Shown: positions 38,251 to 49,209 of the stretch, one piece after another
Position numbering within the stretch: the stretch's first letter is position 1
Layout: every line of letters begins with the position of its first letter
Origin: Asterias rubens
Lineage: Eukaryota
Length of the DNA stretch: 64,000 nucleotides
Assembly: GCF_902459465.1 (NCBI RefSeq)
Contig: NC_047066.1
Coordinates: 6,076,001 to 6,140,000 of the forward strand
Direction: 5' to 3'
Position numbers and translations under genes: made by a program
The notes under the pieces: generated by a model
Databases searched by the model: none
What the model was told of the DNA's origin: nothing
What the model saw: only the letters and a program-made list of their open reading frames with translations

Positions 38251-39774
38251 GTTTGTGTATAGGACCTAGTACTCTAACGTGTAGTAAGGCTAAGTTTTTA
38301 TTGACCATAGAGCAAGATTTGACCCAAACACACACGGCAACCGGAACTCGTCTTCCCTATAGTATATCACGTTTGTACTTCTGGTACGTTTCTATGAATT
38401 TGCATTTTTAACCATCCGTGCATAGCGGAGCCGTAGCTATTCATCATGGAGCTGTTCCCAGTGCTGCATTGTCTTGTTTACAACCAGTTGTGTTTGAGTT
38501 CATTTCCGACTCCCAATAAATTCATGCATTGACATCATACAGCCACCATCTTAGAGGTACACACGAAAACGCACAGATTTGCACAGAGGGCGCCCACACG
38601 TTTCGCAACAATAAAGAATCTCCTTTTGCTAAGCGAGGGCGCCCTGTACTGAAGACATCATGCGCATAAGTTTGTTCAATAAAACGATTCCAATATGACG
38701 TAAAATTAACATAATTTGTAGTTGTTTCTTTGTAGACACAGAGTGGCTTGATCATGATACTCCACACACATAGGCCTACATCCTGGTCATTGATTGGTCG
38801 AGCACGCGTCGCGCGTTATATCCCTTGTATTATTGCCGCGACGCTCCAAAATTTAATATAGGTGTCCTATATGGATATTCATGACGATTCGGATGCTTCA
38901 CATTGCGTAGTTTCCTATCGCTCCCAACCCGATCAGACAAAGTAATTTCGTGTCACGGTGATGGACAAGTTTGGTGTTTCTACATGAACAGGAGTCGTCC
39001 AGGTCATGCATCAAAATACAACATCACTGCGCTTCAACTTTTGAGGAGATTTGTATAAATTGAGGCTATAAAATTCCCTGGTACTATTTGGCTTCGGAAT
39101 GGAAGGAATGCCTCATGGAAACTATAGCACATTATAGGGGGTGTGTTTTAGGGTAACTTGCGAGCATTCCAAACGGCTGACCTGCAAACATTGAAAAGAA
39201 ATCTGAAGTATAATTTGTCTAAAAGTATATATTGGTTTTCAAGAGGCTGAGAGACTTTAAAACATTTTTGAGTATTTAGCATTTAGCGCTGGTTAGTTTC
39301 ATGGTGGTTCATTTAGTGTGGGGGGCACCCACAAACTATACTTCTGATAGCGCCCTCTTTTGAAATATCCTCCTTCAGTCCTTGTTAACCGGTGTCAGAT
39401 GCAATTGTGTCCGCCTTGCAATACTGTCCGTTCCGGGCACTTGTCTACATGCAATCGTGTCCGGGGCTATGCAAAAACCGTCCAGTGTTTTAAGTGCATG
39501 TCATTCATGACATGCACTTAGCTTATGAAAAAAATGGCGAACGTTTTCCGTCGACCAAGGGCGTTTAATTTACTGCATGGAAGGTTTTGCACGGGGCGGA
39601 CACAACTGCATATTCAACTGTGTCCAGGCGGACACAGTTGCATTATGCAGCAGCGTCCAGGCGGAAACGATTGCATATGGCGGCTGCTGTAACCAATAAC
39701 TGTTTTGGTCACTGATTAGTGCTTAACCAATGGCCAAGTCAACCGAGACAGTTATTGGTAACGATCGTCCTTAA

Positions 39775-40132
39775 AGGAACACGTTGCCTTGGATCGGTCG
39801 AGTTAGTCTTTGAAAAGCGTTTGTAACCGTTTGTTATAAAATGCATTTGGGAGAAAGATGTTGTAAAAGTAGAATACAATGATCCAAACAAACATGCCTC
39901 GAAATTGCACGGTTTTCCTTGTACCTCGCGCCGACTAATACGGTCGGCCATTTATGGGAGTCAAATTTTTGACAAATGACCGACCGTTCTAGTTATTAAA
40001 GTAAATGGAAACCACGCAATGTTGAGGCAAATTTGTGTGAATCATTGTATTCTACTTTTAAAACATCTTTCCAACCATGTGCATTTCATAACAAACGTTT
40101 TGTGCTTTTCCGATCCTAGGCAACGTGCTCCT
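39775..40132. mobile_element. MITE family 2
   Basis: TTAA-aggaacacgttgccttggatcgg ... ccgatcctaggcaacgtgctcct-TTAA. Confidence 0.85.
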
Positions 40133-40243
40133 TTAAACTAATAACTGCAGTGACAGCATATTTAAATTGCAGAGAAAAGTGTTATATTTTTTGTTATAAG
40201 CCTTTTTAATGATAGCTTCAATTTTTTTAAAACTACAAATTAA

Positions 40244-40610
40244 CAGTCTCCTGGCGATGACTAGAGCAAGCTGGTCGAAACGTTGAGAACTGGTCACGAT
40301 CCTATAAGCTAAGTGGTAGTCCCGGCCTATTTTCTATACCATTCGCCCGGGTAATAGTTTTAGAAAGCAGGACAGTTCTTTTCAGAACTGAGAAGTCTCC
40401 CGAACCCCCAATCTACTCCGCGGTAGTAGAATAAAGAAAGACAGTTCTCCAAGAACAAACTCTACCTGGCAAGGTAGATACACACATGGTGTTACCGCAA
40501 ATCAAATCTACTCCACGGTAGTAGAATACAGAAAGACAGTTCTGTAAGAACAAACTCTACCATGGCAAGATACACACAATCACATGGTGTTACCGCAAAC
40601 CAAATATTAT
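40244..40610 (+). mobile_element. Repeat headed by a minimal type I hammerhead-like motif (Penelope pseudo-LTR or retrozyme-like), copy 1
   Basis: cagtctc-CTGGCGA-t-gactag-agcaag-ctggtc-GAAA-CG-TT-gagaactg at 40244-40292. The body is shared with 55527-55870 and has an internal ~95-bp duplication. Confidence 0.65.
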
Positions 40611-40899
40611 ACATACAAATGTACACTGAGACAATTTGTTTTGCTTGTATAGAGTGGCAACCTTGGGTGGCGAAAAAATCGACAAACCAAACAGTGCACT
40701 CAATCCTAGAGTGTCCACATCTCAAAAAGACTTGTACCCCGTGTTATAGTTCACACCACCAGAACTATAATAGACCACAGGCCGTGTCAATTGACCCAAA
40801 ACCTAGTATAGTGGCATAAAAATTATAGTAAACACATACCAATAAAGGCATGCAATTATAGGTCTATCGGCTAAGCAAACAAACATAGGAAAACTGAAT

Positions 40900-41275
40900 A
40901 GACAATTTCACAAAAACTATGATGTATAGTATTTTCGAAACCTTGAATAACTGTACTGACGATTTTCACAAAAACTTCGATGTATAGTATTTTCGAAACC
41001 TTGAACTGTATGGACGATTTCACAAGATCTACGATGTATAGTATTTTCGAAACCTTGAACTGTATTGACGATTTCACAAGAACTTCGATGTATAGTATTT
41101 TCGAAACCTTGAACTGTATTGACGATTTCACAAGAACAACGATGTATAGTATTTTCGAAACCTTGAACTGCTTGACGATTTCACAAGAACTACGATGTAT
41201 AGTATTTTCGAAACCTTGAACTGTATTGACGATTTCACAAGAACTACGATGTATAGTATTTTCGTAACCTTGACC
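40900..41275. repeat. 54-bp minisatellite, about 7 copies
   Basis: gatgtatagt recurs at 40921, 40979, 41033, 41087, 41141, 41194 and 41248. Confidence 0.95.
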
Positions 41276-41698
41276 GACAAAGTATTCTGCCGGACCATGA
41301 AACTAGATTGTGGCGGCTTGACTGAAGAAAATATCCAAGACCTTCTATTTAACCTCCACCTGTGTGACGTCTTACTATTGTTCCATCGCTCATTTACTTG
41401 GCTTCGCCTACCCACCATCGAAGCGCACATCGGAAGATATCCTGTGCACATGCAAAAATAATTCACTTTACCCAGTTGCATCCCATGTAGATGTCCATCG
41501 TATGTATAGTAGTTTCGGAACATTTGCCAGACCATGACAACTAGACTGCACAAAATTAGCTTTGTGCCCGGGTAATAACTTACCCACTCGCATTCCGTGT
41601 AACAGCATTTGGTTTTTCATCGTATTTCACCGACTCCTTCAAGTCATACAACAAACTTGCACTTGCTTTTGGAAAGTTCTCCAAGTGGACGATTGAAA

Positions 41699-44600
41699 AT
41701 GGTATCCTTGGGTGTTGTGGTGACATTGTTATTGCCGAGTTTTGCGGTGTTTTACGGGACGTACCATTGGCATGTTATATCAACCAGGCGGTACTGTACA
41801 AGTTATGCCAAGCTCAATGGAAACACAGTCATTGTAACGGGTACGTATACAAACAAATTATTGGTTTTTTTTTTTCAATGGTATATTATTGTTTAGATGA
41901 TCGGGCACCGGCTGTCAGCCACCACGGAACTCTCTTCGTTCGTCATATTGTGTTTATGAGTTTTGCTCAAAAAACCAACTTGATATGACATGCAATGACT
42001 ACTATAACTAGTAAATAGATTTTTTTTTTATGTTCTTATTTCGGGAATTTCACCGCATGCGCAAGCGAATAGTGAAAGGAAAAAATACACATGTTGCACA
42101 ATCTGTATGCTCGGGGCTTCAGGCCTGAAGGTATATGTTAACATTTGGGTGAGAAACTACCTTTTTCTAAAAACAAAGCAAAAATAAAACACGTACGTTT
42201 CTTCAGAGGGAGTCGTTTCTCACAATGTTTTATACTATCAAAAGCTCTCTATTACTCGCAAGGAAGTTTTCATACTAACAATTATTTTGAGTAATTACCC
42301 ATTAGTGTCCAGTGACTTTAAAGGCAGTGGACACTATTGGTAATTACTCAAAATAATGATTATCATAAAACCTTTCTTGATTACGAGTAATGGGGAGAGG
42401 TTGATAGTATAAAACATTGTGATAAACAGCTCCCTCTGAAGTGACGAAGTAATTTTCCACGAATTTGATTTCGGGACCTCAGATTAAGAATTTGAGGTAT
42501 CGAAATCAAGCATCTAAAAAGCACACAACTTCGTGTGAGAAGGGTTTTTTTTTTCCTTCATTATTTTCTCACAACCTCGACTACCAGTTGAGCTCAAATG
42601 TTCACAGGTTCGTAATTATGCATAATGTTGAGATACACCAAGTGAGAAGACTGGTCTTTGACAATTACCAATAGTGTCCAGTGTCAATGTGTCTTTAAAG
42701 GCAGTGGACACTATTGGTAATCACTCAAAACAATTATCAGCATAAAACCTTTCTTGGTGACGAGTAATGGGGAGAGGTTGATAGTATAAAACATTGTGAG
42801 AAATGGCTCCCTCTGAAGTGCCATACTTTTCGAGAAAGAAGTAATTTTCTACGAATTTGATTTCGAGACCTCAGATGTAGACCTTGAGGTCTTAACGCAC
42901 ACAACTTCGTATGACAAGGGTGTTTTTTCCCTTCATTATTATTATCTCGCAAGTTTGATGACCGATTGAGCACAAATTTTCACAGGTTTGTTATTTTATG
43001 CATATGTTGAGATACAGCAAGTGAGAAGACTGGTCGTTGACAATAATTATAGCAATAGTGTCCAGTGTCTTTAAGTACAGAATTAATCTCAGACTAATCT
43101 GAGCGGTTAAACAAAAAATGTCGTCTCCGATCGCGCTGAGATTGTACCAGCAGCTTCAGAAAACCCATCCTTTGTACATATTATTTAGTCTCAGACATTT
43201 GAATGAAACGTTTGACAATGTTCGTCTCCGACCATACTTATAGATTTTACCGCCAACTTCAAAATAAAACACCCAAGTTCCTTATACATGTAGTACAAAA
43301 GTAATCTCAGAGCAATAGCCCATTTAAAAAAAACTCTTCGATCACGCTGAGATTTTGCGCCAGTTTGGCCGTTTTCTTTGTCATTTTGACACATAATGGG
43401 TCATACATGGGTGAGGCCGGACCGTCGGAACCCGGAACCCGGAGTCCGGGTCAGTTATGACACCAAAGGGATCAGTTCTGACCAATTAGTGTTGAGCCAC
43501 AGTCAAAGAAAGGCAATAAATTCTGCGGGCATAAGAGAACTTGGGGAGATATTTTAGGCAATCTGATGCCATAAAACGAATAGAAGGTTTATTTTGCAAC
43601 TTACGAGGCAGAGGAGTAAATTGCGAGTAGCATGCAGCCCCTCCCCGTTTGTCTGCAACAACTGTGGTACAGACAACCATGCAAGAATCGGACTTCTATA
43701 CGCCACAGCCGCAGCTGCAATAGAGAGGACAACCCTCCCCCCCCCCCCCCCCCCCACCCCGGCGCAGTACATCGTCAGTATTGACGGACGGATGGCTACT
43801 ATTTTTAATATAAAAACGGTTGGATTAAATACATTTGAAAAAGGGAAAAGAATTGCTGAAAAACTACGATGCAAAAATTTAGCTGCACACATTTATTTTA
43901 AACCATTGAGAGAAAAAAACTAGTATAAAAGTCTAAAAGCACAATGTGCATGAAATATAATTGAAATACATAGAAAATGGCGAAGAAGGGTGAAGGCTTA
44001 ATGCATCTAATGCTCCCTTCTATTTATTCATTCCAGGGGGTAACTCTGGTGTCGGTCGGGAGACAGCATTGGACTTGGCCCAGCGAGGAGCTCGGGTCAT
44101 CCTCGCCTGTCGCAATCTACAGAAGGCCGAAGACGTAGCGAAGGACATCAAGAGTCGTACGGGTAACTCGGAGGTTGTGGTCCGTCATCTCGATCTGTCC
44201 AGCTTGCAGTCGGTCAGAGAGTTCGCCCAACAGATCATTGAAACTGAAGACAGACTAGATATACTAATTAATAATGCAGGTGAGCACAGTGGTATGGTTG
44301 GGTGGCAAAAAGGTTGTAGACATTTTTCTTTAAATCAATGTACCCATCGGGCTGCTCACCGTTGATATCCCCAGTATTTGTCTTGTAACAAAAACCCGTT
44401 TAGGCCAGTACCTCATTTTATACTTTTTGTCTTCTCTTACAGGTGTTGCTGCCATGAAAACAGGCGCTGTTACCAAGGACAATTTTGAATTTGTCTTCGG
44501 CACCAACCACTTCGGTCACTTTCTCCTCACAAATCTCCTCCTGGACTTAGTGAAGAAAAGTGCCCTCAAGCGGGTCGTTACTGTATCGTCATCTTTGCAC

Positions 44601-45695
44601 GAACTCTCCTCTGGGCTGAACATGACTCGGGAAGACCAGAGTGTGGCTTCGTTCCTGTACCCCCACTTGCAGGACTACCTTAGTAGTAAGCTCGCGAATG
44701 TCCTCTTTGCCAGGGAGTTGGCGAGTCGAGAGAAGGCTAGCGGACTGGTCTCTATATCCCTCCATCCTGGAATGACTAACACACCGATTTGGCAAACCAA
44801 CTTTGCCAATGTGTCTCCTTTCATGGGTGCACTCTACAGAGCTTTCTCCCCAATAATGTGGTAGGTATAATGGTTGCGTGGTGGTTGCATTGAACACCCA
44901 TGTAACCATGTAACCATGTAACCGGCCATAAGCATGGTCCCCAGACTGATGCTCCCACAGAAATGTTCAGACGGAATTAGTCTGGTCTCAAATGGGATTT
45001 GAGTCATTGCATGGTGAGGATGTCTAAACCTACTGTGTAGAGTTTTTTTAGTACTTTTCTTGCTATGCATTGTATTGCCGCGGAGTAGATTTTTCGGAGT
45101 TCGGGAGACTCCTCAGTTCTGAACAGAGCTGTCCTCTTGTCCCTTTAAATGTCAATATTCAGAAAATTATTAAGTATTGTTTCAATTCCTTTGGTGATTT
45201 TTTTTCTTCTTTCCTTTGTTCATGCAGAACTTCCCTAGACTTTTGTACATAAAATTCTTGGAGTGCCCCGGCCTTTAGAATTTCCCCTATACGGAGATCT
45301 TGCGTGTTACCTTTTCTGTTTAGTTATCGGTCTCTAAAAGGTAGTGAAAGTGAAATTGCACTCACACCGCCCGACCACAATGTCCACCTCCCCCCCCCCC
45401 CATGCACCTGTATATTTAAAATCTAACCCCAATTTCATGCAAGACTAACACTGTGATTTGAAATTGTTTGTCTTTTGAGTAACATTTTCTGTTTGCATTT
45501 TAAAGGTTGTTCTTTATCGACGAGACGGCTGGAGCGCAGACTACGCTCCATTGTGCTCTGGATGAATCGGTGGCTGAACTCTCCGGAAAGTACTTTGATA
45601 ACTGCGCGGAGTATGAACCGTCGCCATTCGCTCAAGACGACGAGCTCGCCAAGGAGTTATGGACAGTCAGTTGTGAAGCCACTGGTCTGAAATAA
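41699..45695 (+). CDS. SDR gene G: inverted RDH11-14-like paralog, 4 exons, 330 aa
   Basis: Exons 41699-41840, 44037-44279, 44443-44860, 45506-45695. Motifs TGGNSGVG, NNAG and YLSSK; the protein ends LK-TAA. Confidence 0.92.
42070..43070. mobile_element. Three back-to-back family-1 MITEs in intron 1 of gene G
   Basis: Copies at about 42070-42317, 42322-42694 and 42699-43070, joined by single TTAA at 42318-42321 and 42695-42698. Confidence 0.85.
43520..43800 (+). mobile_element. 5'-truncated, degenerate RTE-type LINE 3' end
   Basis: Reads QRSKLRVACSPSPFVCNNCGTDNHARIGLL then (frameshifted) HSRSC, like the RTE ORF C-terminal CxxC...RIGLxSHxRxC. Followed by catcgtc...gacggacggatggctact, which resembles an RTE 3' tail. 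Confidence 0.55.
44985..45135 (-). mobile_element. Fragment of the hammerhead-headed repeat (motif itself absent), intron 3 of gene G
   Basis: The reverse complement contains aggacagctct..ttcagaactgaggagtctcccgaac..aatctactccgcgg and cctcaccatgcaatgactcaaa, matching the 40.4-kb and 55.7-55.86-kb copies. Confidence 0.55.
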
Positions 45696-47572
45696 TGACT
45701 TTCGTTGAAACTTTAAAACAATCAGTTAACCTTGGGCATTTTTTGGTACTCGAACAGAAACACGTTACTTTTTGCTTCGTTATTCTGCAGCGTTTTAACG
45801 TGTGTCCAGTTCAATCGGAGTGACGCTGGGGGAGACCGGGCCTCTATCTTTTTACGCAAGGATCCTCTGTCTTCATCCGCAAGGATAAAGACAGGTGCCT
45901 GCTACTCAGATCAAGTTATTACATTGGATACAATGATATCATTGGATAAATGCAGTGACTACAAGCTACCGTATCTGTGTTTGTTTTAATTGGTCTGACT
46001 CAGATGACCAATCAAAACACAAATATGGAAGCTGCATGCTGTGTCCACGTACGCGTGTAACAGTACAGAACATGCATGTGCAAGTGCATGCATGTAATGC
46101 TGGTGTAGAATTTGTGCGTATCTCTATGTGAAATGAACGTAGGTCAAAGGTGAAGATACACGCCGGCTGCAGGCCGGTCTCTGGCGTTATTCACGAGCCT
46201 CGAAGTGTGACGTCAGATGAGCAAGTTGAGTGAGGCACTATAGGCGACCATTGGTTGATTTTGCCTGGTTACCTATGCATTCAATACATCCTGGGTACCA
46301 GGCAAAATCAACCAATGGTCGACTATAGCGCCTCACTCGAACTTGCTCTTGATGCCGAGTTTGTATTTAGTCACCGGGAGAGGGCGCAATATCGGGCGCA
46401 ATATGCTGCAATCAGGATGTGGCTGAGCCCAAACGTTTTTATTTTTTTTAAATGAGAACAATTATTGAAATCTGTTAATCGTTTATCATTGTGAATTCAA
46501 TGCATTTTGGTTTCTTTGGCGGGTTACCAAGTTTAATATCTATTAAACCATTATGGTATCAAGTGGAGCACAAGTTACAAGCAATTCTGTGAAATAATAT
46601 ATTTTTACTGGCGTAGGCCCCTACATATGTTTAACCTTTGTCTTTATTGCATATTTGCTTAAGCTTGTTGTAATGGTTTTGATGCTGTTGTATGTCCGTA
46701 ATCTTTATTTTTATATTGCTGTTTTTCTATTTTTAATAATGCTCTTAATCATTTTGTTTTTATAAAGATATATTTATATTAAAACAATTTTAAAATGTTG
46801 ATGTTTTTTGTAGTTGCTGGGCACCTCTGAAAAACAGTGTTTCACCGAGAGGTCTCCCCAGGGTTTATTATCGATAAATAATACAAATACAATAAATAAA
46901 TACATATGGCCAGGCTTTGTCAATACTCAATTGAAACATGGGTGGATCAAAATAGTATTAATAATAATACAGCTTCAGGTTGCATATATGCAACTGTCCC
47001 AAAAGTGACAGCTTGAGAAAGTCTGAGCATGGAGTAAGTAGAATGGGCCCCTGTCTTTATCCGCTAGCCTCGAAGTGTGACGTCAGATGTTCGGGCTAAC
47101 TGCGCCATGGCTTGAGGAATTGTTAGTGCAAGCCCGATGACCAGAAACAGCAAAGTTCAGCGCTGGGACTAAATAGAACGTGTGCCATTATAAGAACAAG
47201 GAGACTGACACGAAAGTACGGTATACCAACGAAAGATAGAAATGTATTGAGATAGTATATCACTGGTTTATTGTCTGTAAGAATACACATTTACTATGAT
47301 ATGAATACGACTGTAAGAAAATGTGTGTATTTTGCCGAAAAAGGAGCAGGAAATCGTATGGGTGGAATATATACAAGCTAATGAGATCCAACATGGTACA
47401 CTGTAGGCTATGTAAAGTATTTTATAAAACAACAATAAAGACATTACAAAATAATAATATCAAAATAAATAAGAACATGGCTAACTTATAAGAGACAAAA
47501 CAACGGTTCGGTTGCAGTATAAAAACAGACAATAGCTACAAGCAAGACCAATACATGCACAACAAGTCTTAA

Positions 47573-47942
47573 AGGCACTGCAGCCGATTTCACGAAACGC
47601 TAGGATTAATCCTGAGTCCTAGGATAAGTTTGGTGAAATCGACGGCTGTACACCTTTGTCAAATTGTCAAAGACCAGTATTCTTACAGCGAATTTGCAAG
47701 AGAATGAGTCAAAAACAGCCTTGTTGCATAACTTTGTGTGCTTTCAGATGGCAATATGAAGGGCTTCAGGCCTGAATGATTTAAATATTTTGAGTAAGAA
47801 GCTAACACCTCTTTTTCAAAAACTACGTTACTTCAGAGGGGGCCGTTTCCCACAATGTTTTATATTATCAACAGCTCTCCATTGCTCGATACAAAACTGT
47901 TATCCTAACAATTATCTTGAGTAATGATAGTGGCCAGTGCCT
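47573..47942. mobile_element. MITE family 1 with a small fold-back element nested near its left end
   Basis: TTAA-aggcactg[cagccgatttcacgaaac...tttggtgaaatcgacggctg]tacacctttg ... tggccagtgcct-TTAA. Confidence 0.7.
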
Positions 47943-48688
47943 TTAATATTGCTGCGCCATATAAAATATTATGGGGAGGGCACAGTTTAAAGATCAATTG
48001 CAGGTTAATGGATTCGGTACAGACTTGTGTGTGTGTGTAGTTTTTTGTTCACTAATGATAGGCATCTTGTTCTAGTGATTGTCATGACCAGCGGGGCCTA
48101 CTTTTATATACAAAGAACGATCGACCAAAGATCCACATAATTAATTGTTTTAAAGTGCAGACTGTTAGAGTATGTTTTCTGATATTGACCCATGAACAAT
48201 CTAACAATCCGTAAAAAGAATCACATTGAGTATGCGAGATGAATGGAATTGCACAAAAGAAAACAGATCCTCAAAAAGGTACCTATTAATAATTATACTC
48301 TCAACTTTTGGCCCAATTTTATCTTAAGTAGAACTTTTAATTTATTGCCCAACAGTTTTCTTCTAAGCTAAATTATTAGCAGACTATACTTGTCTCAAAA
48401 GGTACAACGGCCTATGACATGGTATTTGGGCTGTTACCTTATTTTGGTACACGTAAAAATATTTTTTTTTAAACGATATAAACCCGGAGGCTTGGACCTC
48501 TCTCAGAAATGTGGCAGGGAATTTACCAAGAATATCATGGAGGAAGCAGCTTTTGGTTTGATTCTTGAGTGGCATGTCAAGTAAATATTGTTTATGGTCT
48601 TAAGATCAAATCATTTCACTACTCACTAGCGGTCCAAGTATTCGCTGCGTTGCACTTCGTTGAATGAAAGTAGGGCATACCTCAAGAC

Positions 48689-49007
48689 TTTTTTTTTTGT
48701 TTTTTTGTTTTTATGCAAGTCGCCTAACACACAAGGCCTGAAGGCCACTTCAAGGTGTGGGCTACAGTTATTTTTTTCCAGAGGCCGTTGTCACCTACTC
48801 CTAAGGCTGAAACTGGGTTAACCCCTTTACAGTCCATACGGATGTAGGCTTGGGTATCATCAATTCGACGCCTGGCCGGTACAGCAGAAAGCACTACCTC
48901 CCAATTTTATGTAGCAAGTGTCACGACCGGGATCCGAATCCACACTCTGATGATCAAACACCAGTGCTTGAATCCGGTGCTCTTAACCGCTCGGCCATGA
49001 CACTGCC
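48689..49007 (-). mobile_element. tRNA-derived SINE, apparently full length
   Basis: The minus strand starts ggcagtgtcaTGGCCGAGCGGTTAA (A box) ... ggattcggatccc (B-box-like), has a ~220-bp body and ends in an A-rich tail. Confidence 0.8.
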
Positions 49008-49209
49008 GATATCACCATGACCGTCGACTCTATTCGCCATTTTACGATAACAATTAAATAATGTACACTGGAACTTCGAAACTGAAATCGTAAAACCAAA
49101 AAACTTACACTTTAATAACATAACCATGCAAATAATATATAACAAAAATGTATGATACAAAAATTAGTGTCAACTCGTGACAATAATAATTATTACAATG
49201 GAGCCTCGA

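Noticed and set aside
40921-41270. Heat-shock elements in the 54-bp repeat
   Set aside because: TTCGAA lacks the two-base spacing of the nGAAnnTTCn consensus.
40871-41553. Repeat-protein ORFs (MKSSIQFKVSKILY..., MYSIFETLNC...)
   Set aside because: They arise from a 54-bp unit that is a multiple of three and is open in several frames; there is no splice or homology support.
48930-49007. tRNA gene
   Set aside because: Pol III boxes are present but there is no clean cloverleaf, and it continues into a body and A-rich tail, so it is a SINE.
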